DNA of 56,756 nt from positions 1 to 56,756 of IMG/VR virus record IMGVR_UViG_3300049926_000118, one strand, 5' to 3'. The first letter of the stretch is position 1. The number at the start of each line of letters is the position of its first letter. This document shows positions 1-8,992 of this stretch, one piece after another. The translations under genes were made by a program, and so were the position numbers. The stretch comes from a virus (taxonomy: Duplodnaviria > Caudoviricetes). The notes beneath the pieces are model-generated. The model made no database searches and had not been told where the DNA came from. It saw only the letters and a list, made by a program, of their open reading frames with translations.

Positions 1-119
1 CTGAATTAAACACCTAAAAGTAACGTCAATAATAATTCGTATTAATTTCTTGAAAATTTCTTAAAAAAGTTTTATGTTAGTGTAAAGGCTAGAGTAAAGT
101 CTATTATAAACAAATAGGA

Positions 120-476
120 ATGAAAATGTTAAATCCACGTAAGGAAACAAAATCGCATACAAAGAATGATGAACATTATGCTACTAGGGGTGATCTTAGG
201 GATACTGAATATCGTCTAAACATCGCAATCCTTGAAACTAAACATGAAATCAAGGAAACAGAATTAATATTAAAAGCGGAAATAGTTAAGTTAGAAGGAT
301 CAATTTCTAATGTAGAAACTAAGTTAGAAGGATCAATTTCTAATGTAGAAACTAGATTGACAGGGGAAATAAAAGCCCTTCAGATACATAATAAGTGGAA
401 TATGACAATACAGGTAATTATCTTTACCGGTGTCTTTGCTCCTCTCTTAACACCTCTTAGTAAATTATTCTTATGA
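120..476 (+). CDS. Coiled-coil protein with C-terminal membrane anchor (DUF1640/CCDC90/Bdr-like)
   Basis: ATRGDL motif, 11-aa repeats KLEGSISNVET x2, hydrophobic C-terminus; AGGA upstream of ATG. Confidence 0.6.
   Translation: MKMLNPRKETKSHTKNDEHYATRGDLRDTEYRLNIAILETKHEIKETELILKAEIVKLEGSISNVETKLEGSISNVETRLTGEIKALQIHNKWNMTIQVIIFTGVFAPLLTPLSKLFL
288..353 (+). repeat. Perfect 33-bp tandem repeat x2 inside CDS
   Basis: aagttagaaggatcaatttctaatgtagaaact at 288-320 and 321-353. Confidence 0.95.
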
Positions 477-577
477 AAACTATGATTCAAGAGCATATTA
501 AAACTAAACCAAAATCAGAAATGTGAAGTTACATCTAAGACCCAAATATCATTTAATCCAATCACTTATTTAATAAC

Positions 578-864
578 ATGAAAGAAAAAGAAGGGAGATA
601 AAAATGATTTTAGATACGCACAAAGAAATAATACATTTAAAAGAATTAGGCTTTGATGAAAAGAAAGCCGAGGGGATAGTGCAATTACATGTTAAGACCA
701 GCGAACAGCTTGCTACAAAAGCTGATATTGCTCATCTAGAAGATATAATGAAATTTGACAGAACCCTATTAGTAGGAATATTTCTTATGATGCTGGTTTA
801 TTTAATAAAAACATTTGTTCACTAAATATGAAAGAAAAAGAAGGGAGATAAAAATGATTTTAGA
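578..864 (+). repeat. 37-bp direct repeat spanning RBS and start of two paralogous genes
   Basis: atgaaagaaaaagaagggagataaaaatgattttaga at 578-614 and 828-864, 250 bp apart. Confidence 0.95.
604..825 (+). CDS. DUF1640/CCDC90-like small membrane-anchored protein
   Basis: DTH..I..LKELGF.EKKAE.IV and LATKADI motifs, C-terminal TM segment, GGGAG RBS. Confidence 0.7.
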   Translation: MILDTHKEIIHLKELGFDEKKAEGIVQLHVKTSEQLATKADIAHLEDIMKFDRTLLVGIFLMMLVYLIKTFVH

Positions 865-1159
865 GACGCATAAAAAATATTACATAGAGCATTTAAAAGT
901 CATGGGGGCTACGCCAGAATTGGCGGAAGCAATAATAGAGCTTCATATAGAGGGTGGAGAGCATCTTGCAACTAAAGCAGATATTATTCACTTTGAAAAT
1001 GCAACCAAAGCCGATATTGCTCAGCTTGGATCAAAAATCGAGAAAATAGAAACTAAGATAGATACTAATAACAAGTGGGTTATGGCAGTCTTATCAACTA
1101 TACTCACCGTTTTACTTAGTGAAGGTATCGGTATTATCATAATATTGCTCAGTAAATAG
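854..1159 (+). CDS. DUF1640/CCDC90-like protein (paralog of 604..825)
   Basis: ATKADI twice, C-terminal TM; start moved from 815 to ATG 854, which follows the duplicated GGGAG RBS. Confidence 0.7.
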   Translation: MILETHKKYYIEHLKVMGATPELAEAIIELHIEGGEHLATKADIIHFENATKADIAQLGSKIEKIETKIDTNNKWVMAVLSTILTVLLSEGIGIIIILLSK

Positions 1160-1170
1160 GCAAGAAAACT

Positions 1171-1491
1171 ATGAAAGACAAAGAACTTTTGCTGAAAGCT
1201 ATCGATAATTACGATGTTTATACTCCAAAACAACGAGAAATCTTAAAAACTTTAATAGGGATTTCAGTTAATGATATAGCAATTATTACCCCTCGTGAAT
1301 TGACAAAGCTTCTAAATACGACTAAAGCCACTGTATATTATAGCCTAACACGTTTGAAAGAGGACGAAATTATAATAAACCAAAATGGAGAAAAAGAACG
1401 GTTCAGCATTCACCGCCTCAACAATACTAAATTAGATGATATCCTTACGGTCTACAAAAGAAAAACAGAATATTTTAAAAAAAATATCTAA
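1171..1491 (+). CDS. Winged-HTH transcriptional regulator
   Basis: TPKQREIL...TPRELTKLLNTTKATVYYSLTRLKEDEII helix-turn-helix pattern. Confidence 0.65.
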   Translation: MKDKELLLKAIDNYDVYTPKQREILKTLIGISVNDIAIITPRELTKLLNTTKATVYYSLTRLKEDEIIINQNGEKERFSIHRLNNTKLDDILTVYKRKTEYFKKNI

Positions 1492-1509
1492 ATACTTTAC
1501 AAAAAATAC

Positions 1510-1537
1510 TTGACTCTAATTAAACCAATGATATACT
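1510..1537 (+). promoter_or_regulatory. Sigma70-type promoter for the recombination operon
   Basis: TTGACT-16 bp-TATACT with extended -10 TG. Confidence 0.5.
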
Positions 1538-1564
1538 AATCTCATAAACAATTTATGAGGCAGT

Positions 1565-2062
1565 ATGAAAATTCAATCAAAAACACCACTTTTTAATTTT
1601 TGTAGTACAATTAATTTATTTAACAATAATAAATTAACTGATATGCAAGAATGGGAAAAACAAAGCGTTGAAAAAGCTAAGGTAAAACTTTATCCAACAT
1701 TCCACGAAAAAGCTCCGGTCATTCAAATGATCGATAACCTAGAGAATGTTCATAAGGCTTTTGTAGCTATGTCTAAAAGAGCTTATCTAAAGATGCTGGA
1801 AAGCGAAAGAGGAGCAGAGATACTGGTATCTGCAAAAAAATATCATATTGCTTATAACAAAGATGACATTGATTGGCTGCATCTTATCGATCAAATAGAG
1901 AATTATGAAGAACTATTGCAACAAGCAAAGAATAATAATTTGATTTGGGATCTCGAAAACTACGATCCGATTGGACTAAAACAATTAATTGAGGATGATA
2001 TCTCGCAGGAAAGAGAATGGTCTCGAGATCAAAACTCCGATTATTTAGAGACAAGAATATAA
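1565..2062 (+). CDS. Hypothetical protein
   Basis: 165-aa ORF with GAGG RBS. Confidence 0.6.
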   Translation: MKIQSKTPLFNFCSTINLFNNNKLTDMQEWEKQSVEKAKVKLYPTFHEKAPVIQMIDNLENVHKAFVAMSKRAYLKMLESERGAEILVSAKKYHIAYNKDDIDWLHLIDQIENYEELLQQAKNNNLIWDLENYDPIGLKQLIEDDISQEREWSRDQNSDYLETRI

Positions 2063-2122
2063 ATAATCGAAGTTTTGATATTTATCGCAAATAGTGAGTA
2101 AACGATAAAGATATTATAAATC

Positions 2123-2452
2123 ATGGTAGAAAAAAGGTCAAGTTGGATAGCTACATTTGTTAGTTACGAAGTTTTAGAAAAGTGGAAACCTCCATACTTA
2201 AGAAGATTGTTCTTTAAAAACTTAAGAGATGAAACAGGGCTTATCGTAAGAGAAGATATTTTTTTTATAGATGAATCCGAATCAATGAGAACAGGTCGTT
2301 TTCTGATTGGGGATGTAGTTAGTTTTTATGCTTACGGGGATTTGTCGGGAGTAGAATTTTATCATCTATATGAGGGGGATACAAAAAAATGGAGAAAGAA
2401 ATGGAAAAAAGTTCAAAAAAATGGAGGAAAAAATGAAGGAAGTAAATACTAA
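2123..2452 (+). CDS. Hypothetical protein
   Basis: 109-aa ORF overlapping start of next gene. Confidence 0.5.
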   Translation: MVEKRSSWIATFVSYEVLEKWKPPYLRRLFFKNLRDETGLIVREDIFFIDESESMRTGRFLIGDVVSFYAYGDLSGVEFYHLYEGDTKKWRKKWKKVQKNGGKNEGSKY

Positions 2453-3161
2453 TGTTATAGATAATTCTACAATGGGAGCAGCTTCTCTAGAAAAAGTCTT
2501 AATTACAGGAGATTTATCAAGCTTATCTTCTCATGAAAGAACGGTATATTACACAACATTATGCAAAAGCCTTGCTTTGAATCCACTAACAAAGCCATTT
2601 GATTACATAACTCTCAATGGAAAACTAACTCTCTATGCAAAACGTGATTGTACAGAACAACTTCGTAAGATCAATAGCGTGTCTATCGCTATTTCATCAA
2701 GAGAGGTATCAGAAGATTGTTATATCGTTACAGCGAAAGCTACAGACGGGACTGGGAGAACGGATGAGTCTATAGGAGCAGTTTCTATAAGCAATCTTAA
2801 AGGAGAAGCTCGTAGCAATGCAATGATGAAAGCGGAGACTAAAGCTAAAAGACGTGTAACACTATCGATTTGTGGCATGGGAATGTTAGATGAAGTCGAG
2901 GTTTCTAGTATACCACTATCTATGATTGAGATTCCTAACGAGGATGCTAGAAAACTTGAGGTAACCCTTTCGCATAAATTAAAGACCCTATGCGTAACCA
3001 ATGGTATATCAGCACGAGAATTCGCAAAGTTTCACAAAATCGAGGGTGATAAGCCTGAAACCGTAAAATATGGTGTAGATAATTTTGCTTTACTAAAGGA
3101 ACAATTTGAAACTTTCAGAAAAGAGCAATTTGTAGAAGTAGAAAATGAAAATACACACTGA
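2433..3161 (+). CDS. Putative phage single-strand annealing recombinase
   Basis: GDLSSL..ER..YY..LC..L.LNPLTKPF and AMMKAETKAKRRVTLSICG motifs; directly upstream of exonuclease; start placed at ATG 2433 after GGAGG. Confidence 0.6.
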   Translation: MKEVNTNVIDNSTMGAASLEKVLITGDLSSLSSHERTVYYTTLCKSLALNPLTKPFDYITLNGKLTLYAKRDCTEQLRKINSVSIAISSREVSEDCYIVTAKATDGTGRTDESIGAVSISNLKGEARSNAMMKAETKAKRRVTLSICGMGMLDEVEVSSIPLSMIEIPNEDARKLEVTLSHKLKTLCVTNGISAREFAKFHKIEGDKPETVKYGVDNFALLKEQFETFRKEQFVEVENENTH

Positions 3162-3780
3162 ACTTCAACAAGGATCTGACGAATGGCATAGAATGAAGCT
3201 TGGCAAAATATCCGCTTCATCATTTTATAAGCTACTTGGTACAAAAGCAGCTCGTAATAAATATCTTTATGAGTTAGTAAGTGAGAGAATTACTTCTTCT
3301 AAATCTGATAGCAAAGAATATGCAAATTTCCATATGCAGCGTGGTAATCAATTTGAAGATGTAGCTAGAGAAACTTACAAAGATAAAACCTTTTATGAAG
3401 TGCAACAGGTAGGACTAATCCAATTAAATGATGATGTAGTATGTTCTCCTGATGGATTAGTGGATGAAAACGGGTTAATAGAGATAAAAGTTCCTGATTC
3501 ATATAATTATATTGCTCAGGTTTTAGATATAGACCAAAACGGAATAAAGGGGATACCAAATGAATATTATACACAAATGCAAGTTAATTTATATATATCT
3601 AATCGTCAATGGTGTGACTATGTGCTATATAATCCAAAGCATGATGCTGTAGGAAATGGGATATTTACTCACAGAGTAGAAAGAGATATGGTATATAATG
3701 ATACTATCAAAATAGCTATTGAAGAAGGTGTAAAAACAATAAATCAATATATTATTGAGTACAAAGAAGCATTCAAATAA
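3145..3780 (+). CDS. YqaJ/lambda-exonuclease family protein
   Basis: QGSDEW...GKISAS, MQRG..FE, CSPDGLV, IEIKVP, YYTQMQ motifs. Confidence 0.9.
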   Translation: MKIHTELQQGSDEWHRMKLGKISASSFYKLLGTKAARNKYLYELVSERITSSKSDSKEYANFHMQRGNQFEDVARETYKDKTFYEVQQVGLIQLNDDVVCSPDGLVDENGLIEIKVPDSYNYIAQVLDIDQNGIKGIPNEYYTQMQVNLYISNRQWCDYVLYNPKHDAVGNGIFTHRVERDMVYNDTIKIAIEEGVKTINQYIIEYKEAFK

Positions 3781-4168
3781 AGTGAAAGAAGCTAAAGAAA
3801 GAATAGAGCAAATAAATATCAAGATAGGTAATAATTTGCTGAAAACTCGGCTTGCAGCTGGAGTTAATACTGCACAATTAAGTAAAAAAGTATATGTTAC
3901 GAGACAACAAATAACAAAATACGAATCTGGGATTAATCAAATTCCTATTGGTAGATTAGTTTTGATAGCAGAAGCATTAGAGGTTAATATAACATCTTTC
4001 TTTGATGGAATTTGCGATCTTTTTCCGGCAAAGAAAGTAAAAGCACGAAAAAGACTTTGCGCAGATATATCTCGTAATCTCGTAAAAATAAAAAATCATG
4101 ATACACAGAAAACTATACATAAAATAGTCAAAGAAATAGTAAATAGTCAGGATTTTCTTAAGGAATAA
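3755..4168 (+). CDS. XRE-family HTH regulator
   Basis: IGNNL..TR...G......L...V.VTRQQI.KYESG.N HTH_3 pattern. Confidence 0.85.
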   Translation: MSTKKHSNKVKEAKERIEQINIKIGNNLLKTRLAAGVNTAQLSKKVYVTRQQITKYESGINQIPIGRLVLIAEALEVNITSFFDGICDLFPAKKVKARKRLCADISRNLVKIKNHDTQKTIHKIVKEIVNSQDFLKE

Positions 4169-4328
4169 TATCTGTTAGCGTTGGTCTAGGAGCTTTATAT
4201 TCCGCACTTTGATTTTTAGCAATATTAAAAGATGCATATTCTTCGCTCTTAAAAAACTTTATAAAAAGAAATACAAATAGAATCATTAGTAGTATACGGA
4301 AAATTTCAATAGAGAATCTTGGAGACAT
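4158..4328 (-). CDS. Small single-TM hypothetical protein (not in ORF track)
   Basis: 56-aa ORF MSPRFSIEIFRILLMILFVFLFIKFF... read by hand. Confidence 0.3.
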   Translation of the reverse strand: MSPRFSIEIFRILLMILFVFLFIKFFKSEEYASFNIAKNQSAEYKAPRPTLTDIIP

Positions 4329-4398
4329 AAATATTTATAGAAGTTTAATGAATTAACATTTTATCATAAATATTATTTTATGGTGAAAAATAAAATTT

Positions 4399-4701
4399 TT
4401 AATATTCAGTTATTTCTATAGGATAAAGAGCTTCAACCTGCTTTTTCTTCAAGATATACATTGCAGTTTTCATTCCTTTTACATCTTCAAATGTTACTTC
4501 TCCATTAGTCCAAAATATGACAAAATCGCATATGTATTTTACATTCCCTGGCAAATGAAAAGGTACTTGTCTTAAGAAGAATAATACGTCTCCCGCTTTT
4601 ATAAGCAAAAGCAATGCTTGATATCTTTTAGCTTCTTTTTTAGAGTCAAACTTTATTCCGTCTAATTCCGTGCGAATTGCATGAAACTTATGTGTTGTCA
4701 T
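4399..4701 (-). CDS. DUF1064 family phage PD-(D/E)XK endonuclease
   Basis: KFHA.RTE.DGIKFDSKKEA.RY, YICDF, EDVKG motifs. Confidence 0.85.
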   Translation of the reverse strand: MTTHKFHAIRTELDGIKFDSKKEAKRYQALLLLIKAGDVLFFLRQVPFHLPGNVKYICDFVIFWTNGEVTFEDVKGMKTAMYILKKKQVEALYPIEITEY

Positions 4702-5099
4702 AAGCTAATTTCAAGTTTAATATGTCTACTAGCCATTCCCATTTCTCGCTGAGGATTCAAGTAATTTTTAATATTCTTGAGTACTTTGCAGGTTATACGA
4801 TTAGCTAGTTCATCTGAGATATCCTCATTTTTATTCTCCTCTTCTTTATGCTCGTGGACTACTTTTGGCTGATGAATTACTTTTGGAGTACTCGGTCTTG
4901 ATACCGGTTGTTTTTCCTGTATCATTTTAGCTAAAGAAAAAGGTTCTCTCTTATATTTATTTAAAAATGAAGAAGTATCATCTAATTCATCTTCATTTGA
5001 TTTCATAGAGGATGGTAATTTAATAGCTGCTAGAATAGGATTTACCCTTTTAACAGGTGTGACTTTTCTATGTATTGCGAATTGTTTAGCTCCTACCAT
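4698..5099 (-). CDS. Hypothetical phage protein
   Basis: 133-aa ORF overlapping DUF1064 gene by 4 nt. Confidence 0.55.
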   Translation of the reverse strand: MVGAKQFAIHRKVTPVKRVNPILAAIKLPSSMKSNEDELDDTSSFLNKYKREPFSLAKMIQEKQPVSRPSTPKVIHQPKVVHEHKEEENKNEDISDELANRITCKVLKNIKNYLNPQREMGMASRHIKLEISL

Positions 5100-5107
5100 A
5101 ATTTTAC

Positions 5108-7063
5108 CTATTGTTTAACCCATTGACCGTTTACTGCTTTAAATCCTCCAGCGATCATTCCTTTTATGCCCGATTGTGCAGTAGGTTCACTTGTAAAAAA
5201 AGGATTATCACCCAAATTCCTTTTAGCGCTAAAAGCACTAAGAGGACGAATTGGCATATTATTCATTGAATTTACCCAAGCTACATATTCAGGACTATTT
5301 CTTGAATATGTTTCAGCCCTTAAACCAGCCAATCTTTGGGTTTCTGCCGCCTGTGCTTGTTGCTGTTGTTGCGCTCGCATTTGCGCTTGTTGTGCTGTTT
5401 GTCTTTGAGCTTCTGCTGCTTGAGCAGCTTGTTGTTGCTGCTGCCTCGTTTGGAATACTCCTAACTGACGCTGTAAATCAGCTATAGTAGCATTGCTAGT
5501 ATTTAAATTTCTATTAGCATTTTGAGCTTCTTTTTGAGATTCACTATAATTTGTGTTTAATCCAGCTAATTGATCTAGTGATATATTTCTATTTTCTAAC
5601 CCTTTAAACACATCACCAAGAGCTCCTAACCGCCCCTCTTTAGAAATTGCACCACGCAAGTGAGGCCATTCCCAACCGGCTTCATTTTGGAAATTCTTAT
5701 ATAAATCTTCGTTTTCAGCCTGTTCATTACCAAACTTAGTAGCTCCAAGGTTGTTAGTACTTCTAATCTTATTAAGCATATCCTCATATTCTCTTTGAGT
5801 TTCGTCTCCATACATACCTAATTGTTTTAGCTTAGATTGTTGCTCTTGATGCCCTAGGGAGAGTTGTGATTTAGCGGCATCTTCTAATAATCTGCTTCTT
5901 TGCTCCATAGTTGATTTTGAGACTTCTCTTGCTCGATCTTCAGCAGTTTTGATGTGCAAAGGAGAACCGTATTGATTTGCTTGGATGAATTGGTTATTTA
6001 TTGCAGCAAGATCTCTTTTAAAGCGTTTCTCAGCAGCAGATTCTAAATTGCTTACTTGACCCTGCATTCTTTCAGGAACAGTACTCATTGCAGTATCTCC
6101 GACGCTCTGGTTAGCCATCATTTGTCTAATAAGATCTTTTTGTCTGTCATATTGAGAACCCTTAAATTTAGGACTCATCGACTCTAATGTACTATGAGAG
6201 GCTAAAATTTCTGGAGGAAGATCCGCCATTAATTTACCTGGATAAGACTGAGAAGGAATTCGAGAGTTTTCCCACTCGGACACAGGTTTATTTGTATCTA
6301 TCCCGTAAGCTTTGAGTGCTTGTAAAGCTTCTTTTCCTGATTGGGCTTGTAGTTCTGGTAAAGCATTAGGATCCATATTTCTGCTTAAAGGATTAAGCGA
6401 TTGTTGCAACATGTCCATTTTTCTAAATGGTAAATTTGCCTCTTGCTCAAATGCATTTTTATTAGCTGAATTTACTAGATTATTATAGCCATGTTTCTGA
6501 GCTCCGAATTGCTCTAATGATCCTACTAACCCTTTGCGCCTATCTTGTTTTTGTGCCTGTAAATTTCTAAGCTTATCTAGCAGAGCTTGATTACTTGATT
6601 GCTCTAGAACGCCGGCTGATCGCCGTAAGTCGCCCATCCGACCTGTGGTTTCATTGAGATTAGCTCCAATATCTTTATTCGACTTATTTAAGAACCTACT
6701 CGCATTCGGGTTATAAGCTCCTCCAAATTGGTTGCCTAGGATTCCAGATAACCCTCTTCTATTAAAATTCTGTTGCTGATTCCCTATATTATTAAGAGTT
6801 CCTTGCATCCCCATTGGGTTAATAGCTGGATTAGAGCGACCAAGCACTTGATTTATTTTACCTGAGTAAGGAGCGGGTTTTGCATTAAAGCCACTTTGTA
6901 ATGCTCGAGCTTTTTGAGTAAGGCTCGACATCGGAGAAATGGTTTGTCCACGATAAATGGGGGCATTAGTTCCTGCAAGTTTAGCTCTATCTCGAGTTAA
7001 AATTCTTGCTCCTTCGTTAAAAACCTCTTCCGGAGCTAAATCAGATGCATATCTTAATGTCAT
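5108..7063 (-). CDS. Putative internal virion/DNA ejection protein
   Basis: 651 aa, Q/A/N-rich helical composition, position at end of tail module. Confidence 0.55.
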   Translation of the reverse strand: MTLRYASDLAPEEVFNEGARILTRDRAKLAGTNAPIYRGQTISPMSSLTQKARALQSGFNAKPAPYSGKINQVLGRSNPAINPMGMQGTLNNIGNQQQNFNRRGLSGILGNQFGGAYNPNASRFLNKSNKDIGANLNETTGRMGDLRRSAGVLEQSSNQALLDKLRNLQAQKQDRRKGLVGSLEQFGAQKHGYNNLVNSANKNAFEQEANLPFRKMDMLQQSLNPLSRNMDPNALPELQAQSGKEALQALKAYGIDTNKPVSEWENSRIPSQSYPGKLMADLPPEILASHSTLESMSPKFKGSQYDRQKDLIRQMMANQSVGDTAMSTVPERMQGQVSNLESAAEKRFKRDLAAINNQFIQANQYGSPLHIKTAEDRAREVSKSTMEQRSRLLEDAAKSQLSLGHQEQQSKLKQLGMYGDETQREYEDMLNKIRSTNNLGATKFGNEQAENEDLYKNFQNEAGWEWPHLRGAISKEGRLGALGDVFKGLENRNISLDQLAGLNTNYSESQKEAQNANRNLNTSNATIADLQRQLGVFQTRQQQQQAAQAAEAQRQTAQQAQMRAQQQQQAQAAETQRLAGLRAETYSRNSPEYVAWVNSMNNMPIRPLSAFSAKRNLGDNPFFTSEPTAQSGIKGMIAGGFKAVNGQWVKQ

Positions 7064-7072
7064 AAATAACTC

Positions 7073-8713
7073 CTATTTTAAATAGCTGGACAAAGGTTTA
7101 GCTTTAGGAGGGAGCTTTACAGATCCACCTTTGTGCTTGCGAACATTTTTTACAAATGAGTTTAGTTTTTGAGCTCCTAACTTTCCAAATCGGGCAACAT
7201 CTTCTGGAGAAATGTAAAACTCCCCATTAGAAATAAGGGCATCGATTTTATCAGCTCCAGCTCTACTATTACCGTCCCCTAAGTCTGAAATAGTAGAAGC
7301 ATCTATAATGTAAGAATTATCAGGTAATCTAGTTCTTAAATTATCATCTTGACCACCTCCTATTCCGTCTATATAAGAAGATTCAAAAGGAGTTCCTCCA
7401 GACATCATCCCTTCTATCAAGCCACCCTCTTTAAACGGCAAAGGCTCTCCTGATAAGTTTGGATTATTGTAATAGCTAAACCATTTACCATATCTCTTTT
7501 GCTCTTCCGGTGTATGGCTCTTTCTGTATAGAGGATCAAGATTACCTAGACGCTCCTCGGGTAAGAATTTATTCCTTGCTATGCTTCTGTGCATTTTAGC
7601 CTCAGCAAGCAAATCAGCTTCTTTAGCAGCTCTTTCAGCCGGTGATAACATAAGGGCTTTTTCAAAGCGTTTTTGTTCAGCGGCTCTACTTTCGGGGGTA
7701 TCCTTTTTCGGACGATTTAGTAAAGATGCTGCTGTACTTCCAAGAGTTAAAAGATTTTTTGGCTTAGAAAGATAATCACCCGTATTGCCTAATAATCTGT
7801 CAAAAAAACTCTCTTCGGATTTCTTGCCTTTTTTAGATATTCTGTAATCTTCTTGATCCCCATATCCCGCCGTAGCACTTAATCTAGAACCTTTATTGGC
7901 GGATAATAGCGCAGGAAGAGCGGCTGTAGCGGCTAATTCGGATGAGCTCCCTCCGCCAGTTCCTAGTAATCTATTTAAAGATGTCATTATAGCATTATTA
8001 TTTCCATAATCGGTTAAAGTTGAACCAGCTCCTGACGCACCTAAGGAACTTAAGCCACTACCCGCAAGTCCAGCCAATGTTGGTGCAGCTGCACCCATAC
8101 CTAAACCTCTTAAAGCAGCAGCTCCAGCGTCTTTTCTACCTCGTACTTTTGATCCGGCTGCTCCCCCTAATGCACCTCCTAACACGCCACCCAATCCGGG
8201 TAGCAACATGTTTCCGAGTACAACTCCTGCAGCGGGACCAACAACGCTTTTAAACCATTTTCCAGGATTGCTAAATAAACCAAACTGAGGCAGTCCGGTT
8301 TTAGGATTAATGGTACCGCTTCCTCCCATCGATTTTAACATCATGGCTTCGAGTGGGTTTATGTGAGCTAATATAGTGTCTTCACCCTTTCCTTGTTGCC
8401 GTATCATTTCGGCTAACATGAAGTAAGGCTTATTTTGCATTGATTTCTGTTTCTTCTTTACCCCGCCACCATTAGCAAACCCTATAGGATTATAGTTTTG
8501 AGGAGCAAGTCCTGCGTTCATTTCGGCAGGTGGAACGGGATAAGGTATATTCTGCATCATGGGACTTTCAGGGTTATATGATGCAGAATAAGGATCTTGG
8601 GTATTATATACGGCATAAGGATCTTGGGGCATAGTTCTGTAACCGTTGGCATCCATATTCATATTGGGATCATTCGTATTTTGATAACCGTTATCGAATC
8701 TTGTATTAAACAT
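7073..8713 (-). CDS. Putative DNA ejection (pilot) protein
   Basis: FANGG/FKEGG motifs, DTILAHINP.EA.MLK.MGGSGTINPKTGLPQF, G/A-rich hydrophobic stretch, D.LGDGNS.AGA tail; motifs familiar from podovirus virion proteins. Confidence 0.6.
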   Translation of the reverse strand: MFNTRFDNGYQNTNDPNMNMDANGYRTMPQDPYAVYNTQDPYSASYNPESPMMQNIPYPVPPAEMNAGLAPQNYNPIGFANGGGVKKKQKSMQNKPYFMLAEMIRQQGKGEDTILAHINPLEAMMLKSMGGSGTINPKTGLPQFGLFSNPGKWFKSVVGPAAGVVLGNMLLPGLGGVLGGALGGAAGSKVRGRKDAGAAALRGLGMGAAAPTLAGLAGSGLSSLGASGAGSTLTDYGNNNAIMTSLNRLLGTGGGSSSELAATAALPALLSANKGSRLSATAGYGDQEDYRISKKGKKSEESFFDRLLGNTGDYLSKPKNLLTLGSTAASLLNRPKKDTPESRAAEQKRFEKALMLSPAERAAKEADLLAEAKMHRSIARNKFLPEERLGNLDPLYRKSHTPEEQKRYGKWFSYYNNPNLSGEPLPFKEGGLIEGMMSGGTPFESSYIDGIGGGQDDNLRTRLPDNSYIIDASTISDLGDGNSRAGADKIDALISNGEFYISPEDVARFGKLGAQKLNSFVKNVRKHKGGSVKLPPKAKPLSSYLK

Positions 8714-8992
8714 TTAAACCTCTATGTTTTGTGGCTCATTATTTAAAAGTAAGTAGACAGTCCTTGCCCATTCCTTCCAGTCCTTAAAATTGTCTTTTCT
8801 GGTTCCTTTGTAGACCGAGAACGGAGAAGGGACACGATTACGTCTAAATACCCCAGTTCCCGCTACAATAGCTGCCCATTCTTGCCATTTATCTTCATCT
8901 ACAAGAGCCGGTAGGTAAGAAGAAGAATTGTCTGCTACTAACGCTCCAGCCCAATTTTTTAAAGTTATATATTCAGGGTAAACTACTAACAT
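8714..8992 (-). CDS. Small phage tail-region protein
   Basis: 92 aa, WQEWA/WKEWA motifs, abuts both neighbours. Confidence 0.6.
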   Translation of the reverse strand: MLVVYPEYITLKNWAGALVADNSSSYLPALVDEDKWQEWAAIVAGTGVFRRNRVPSPFSVYKGTRKDNFKDWKEWARTVYLLLNNEPQNIEV

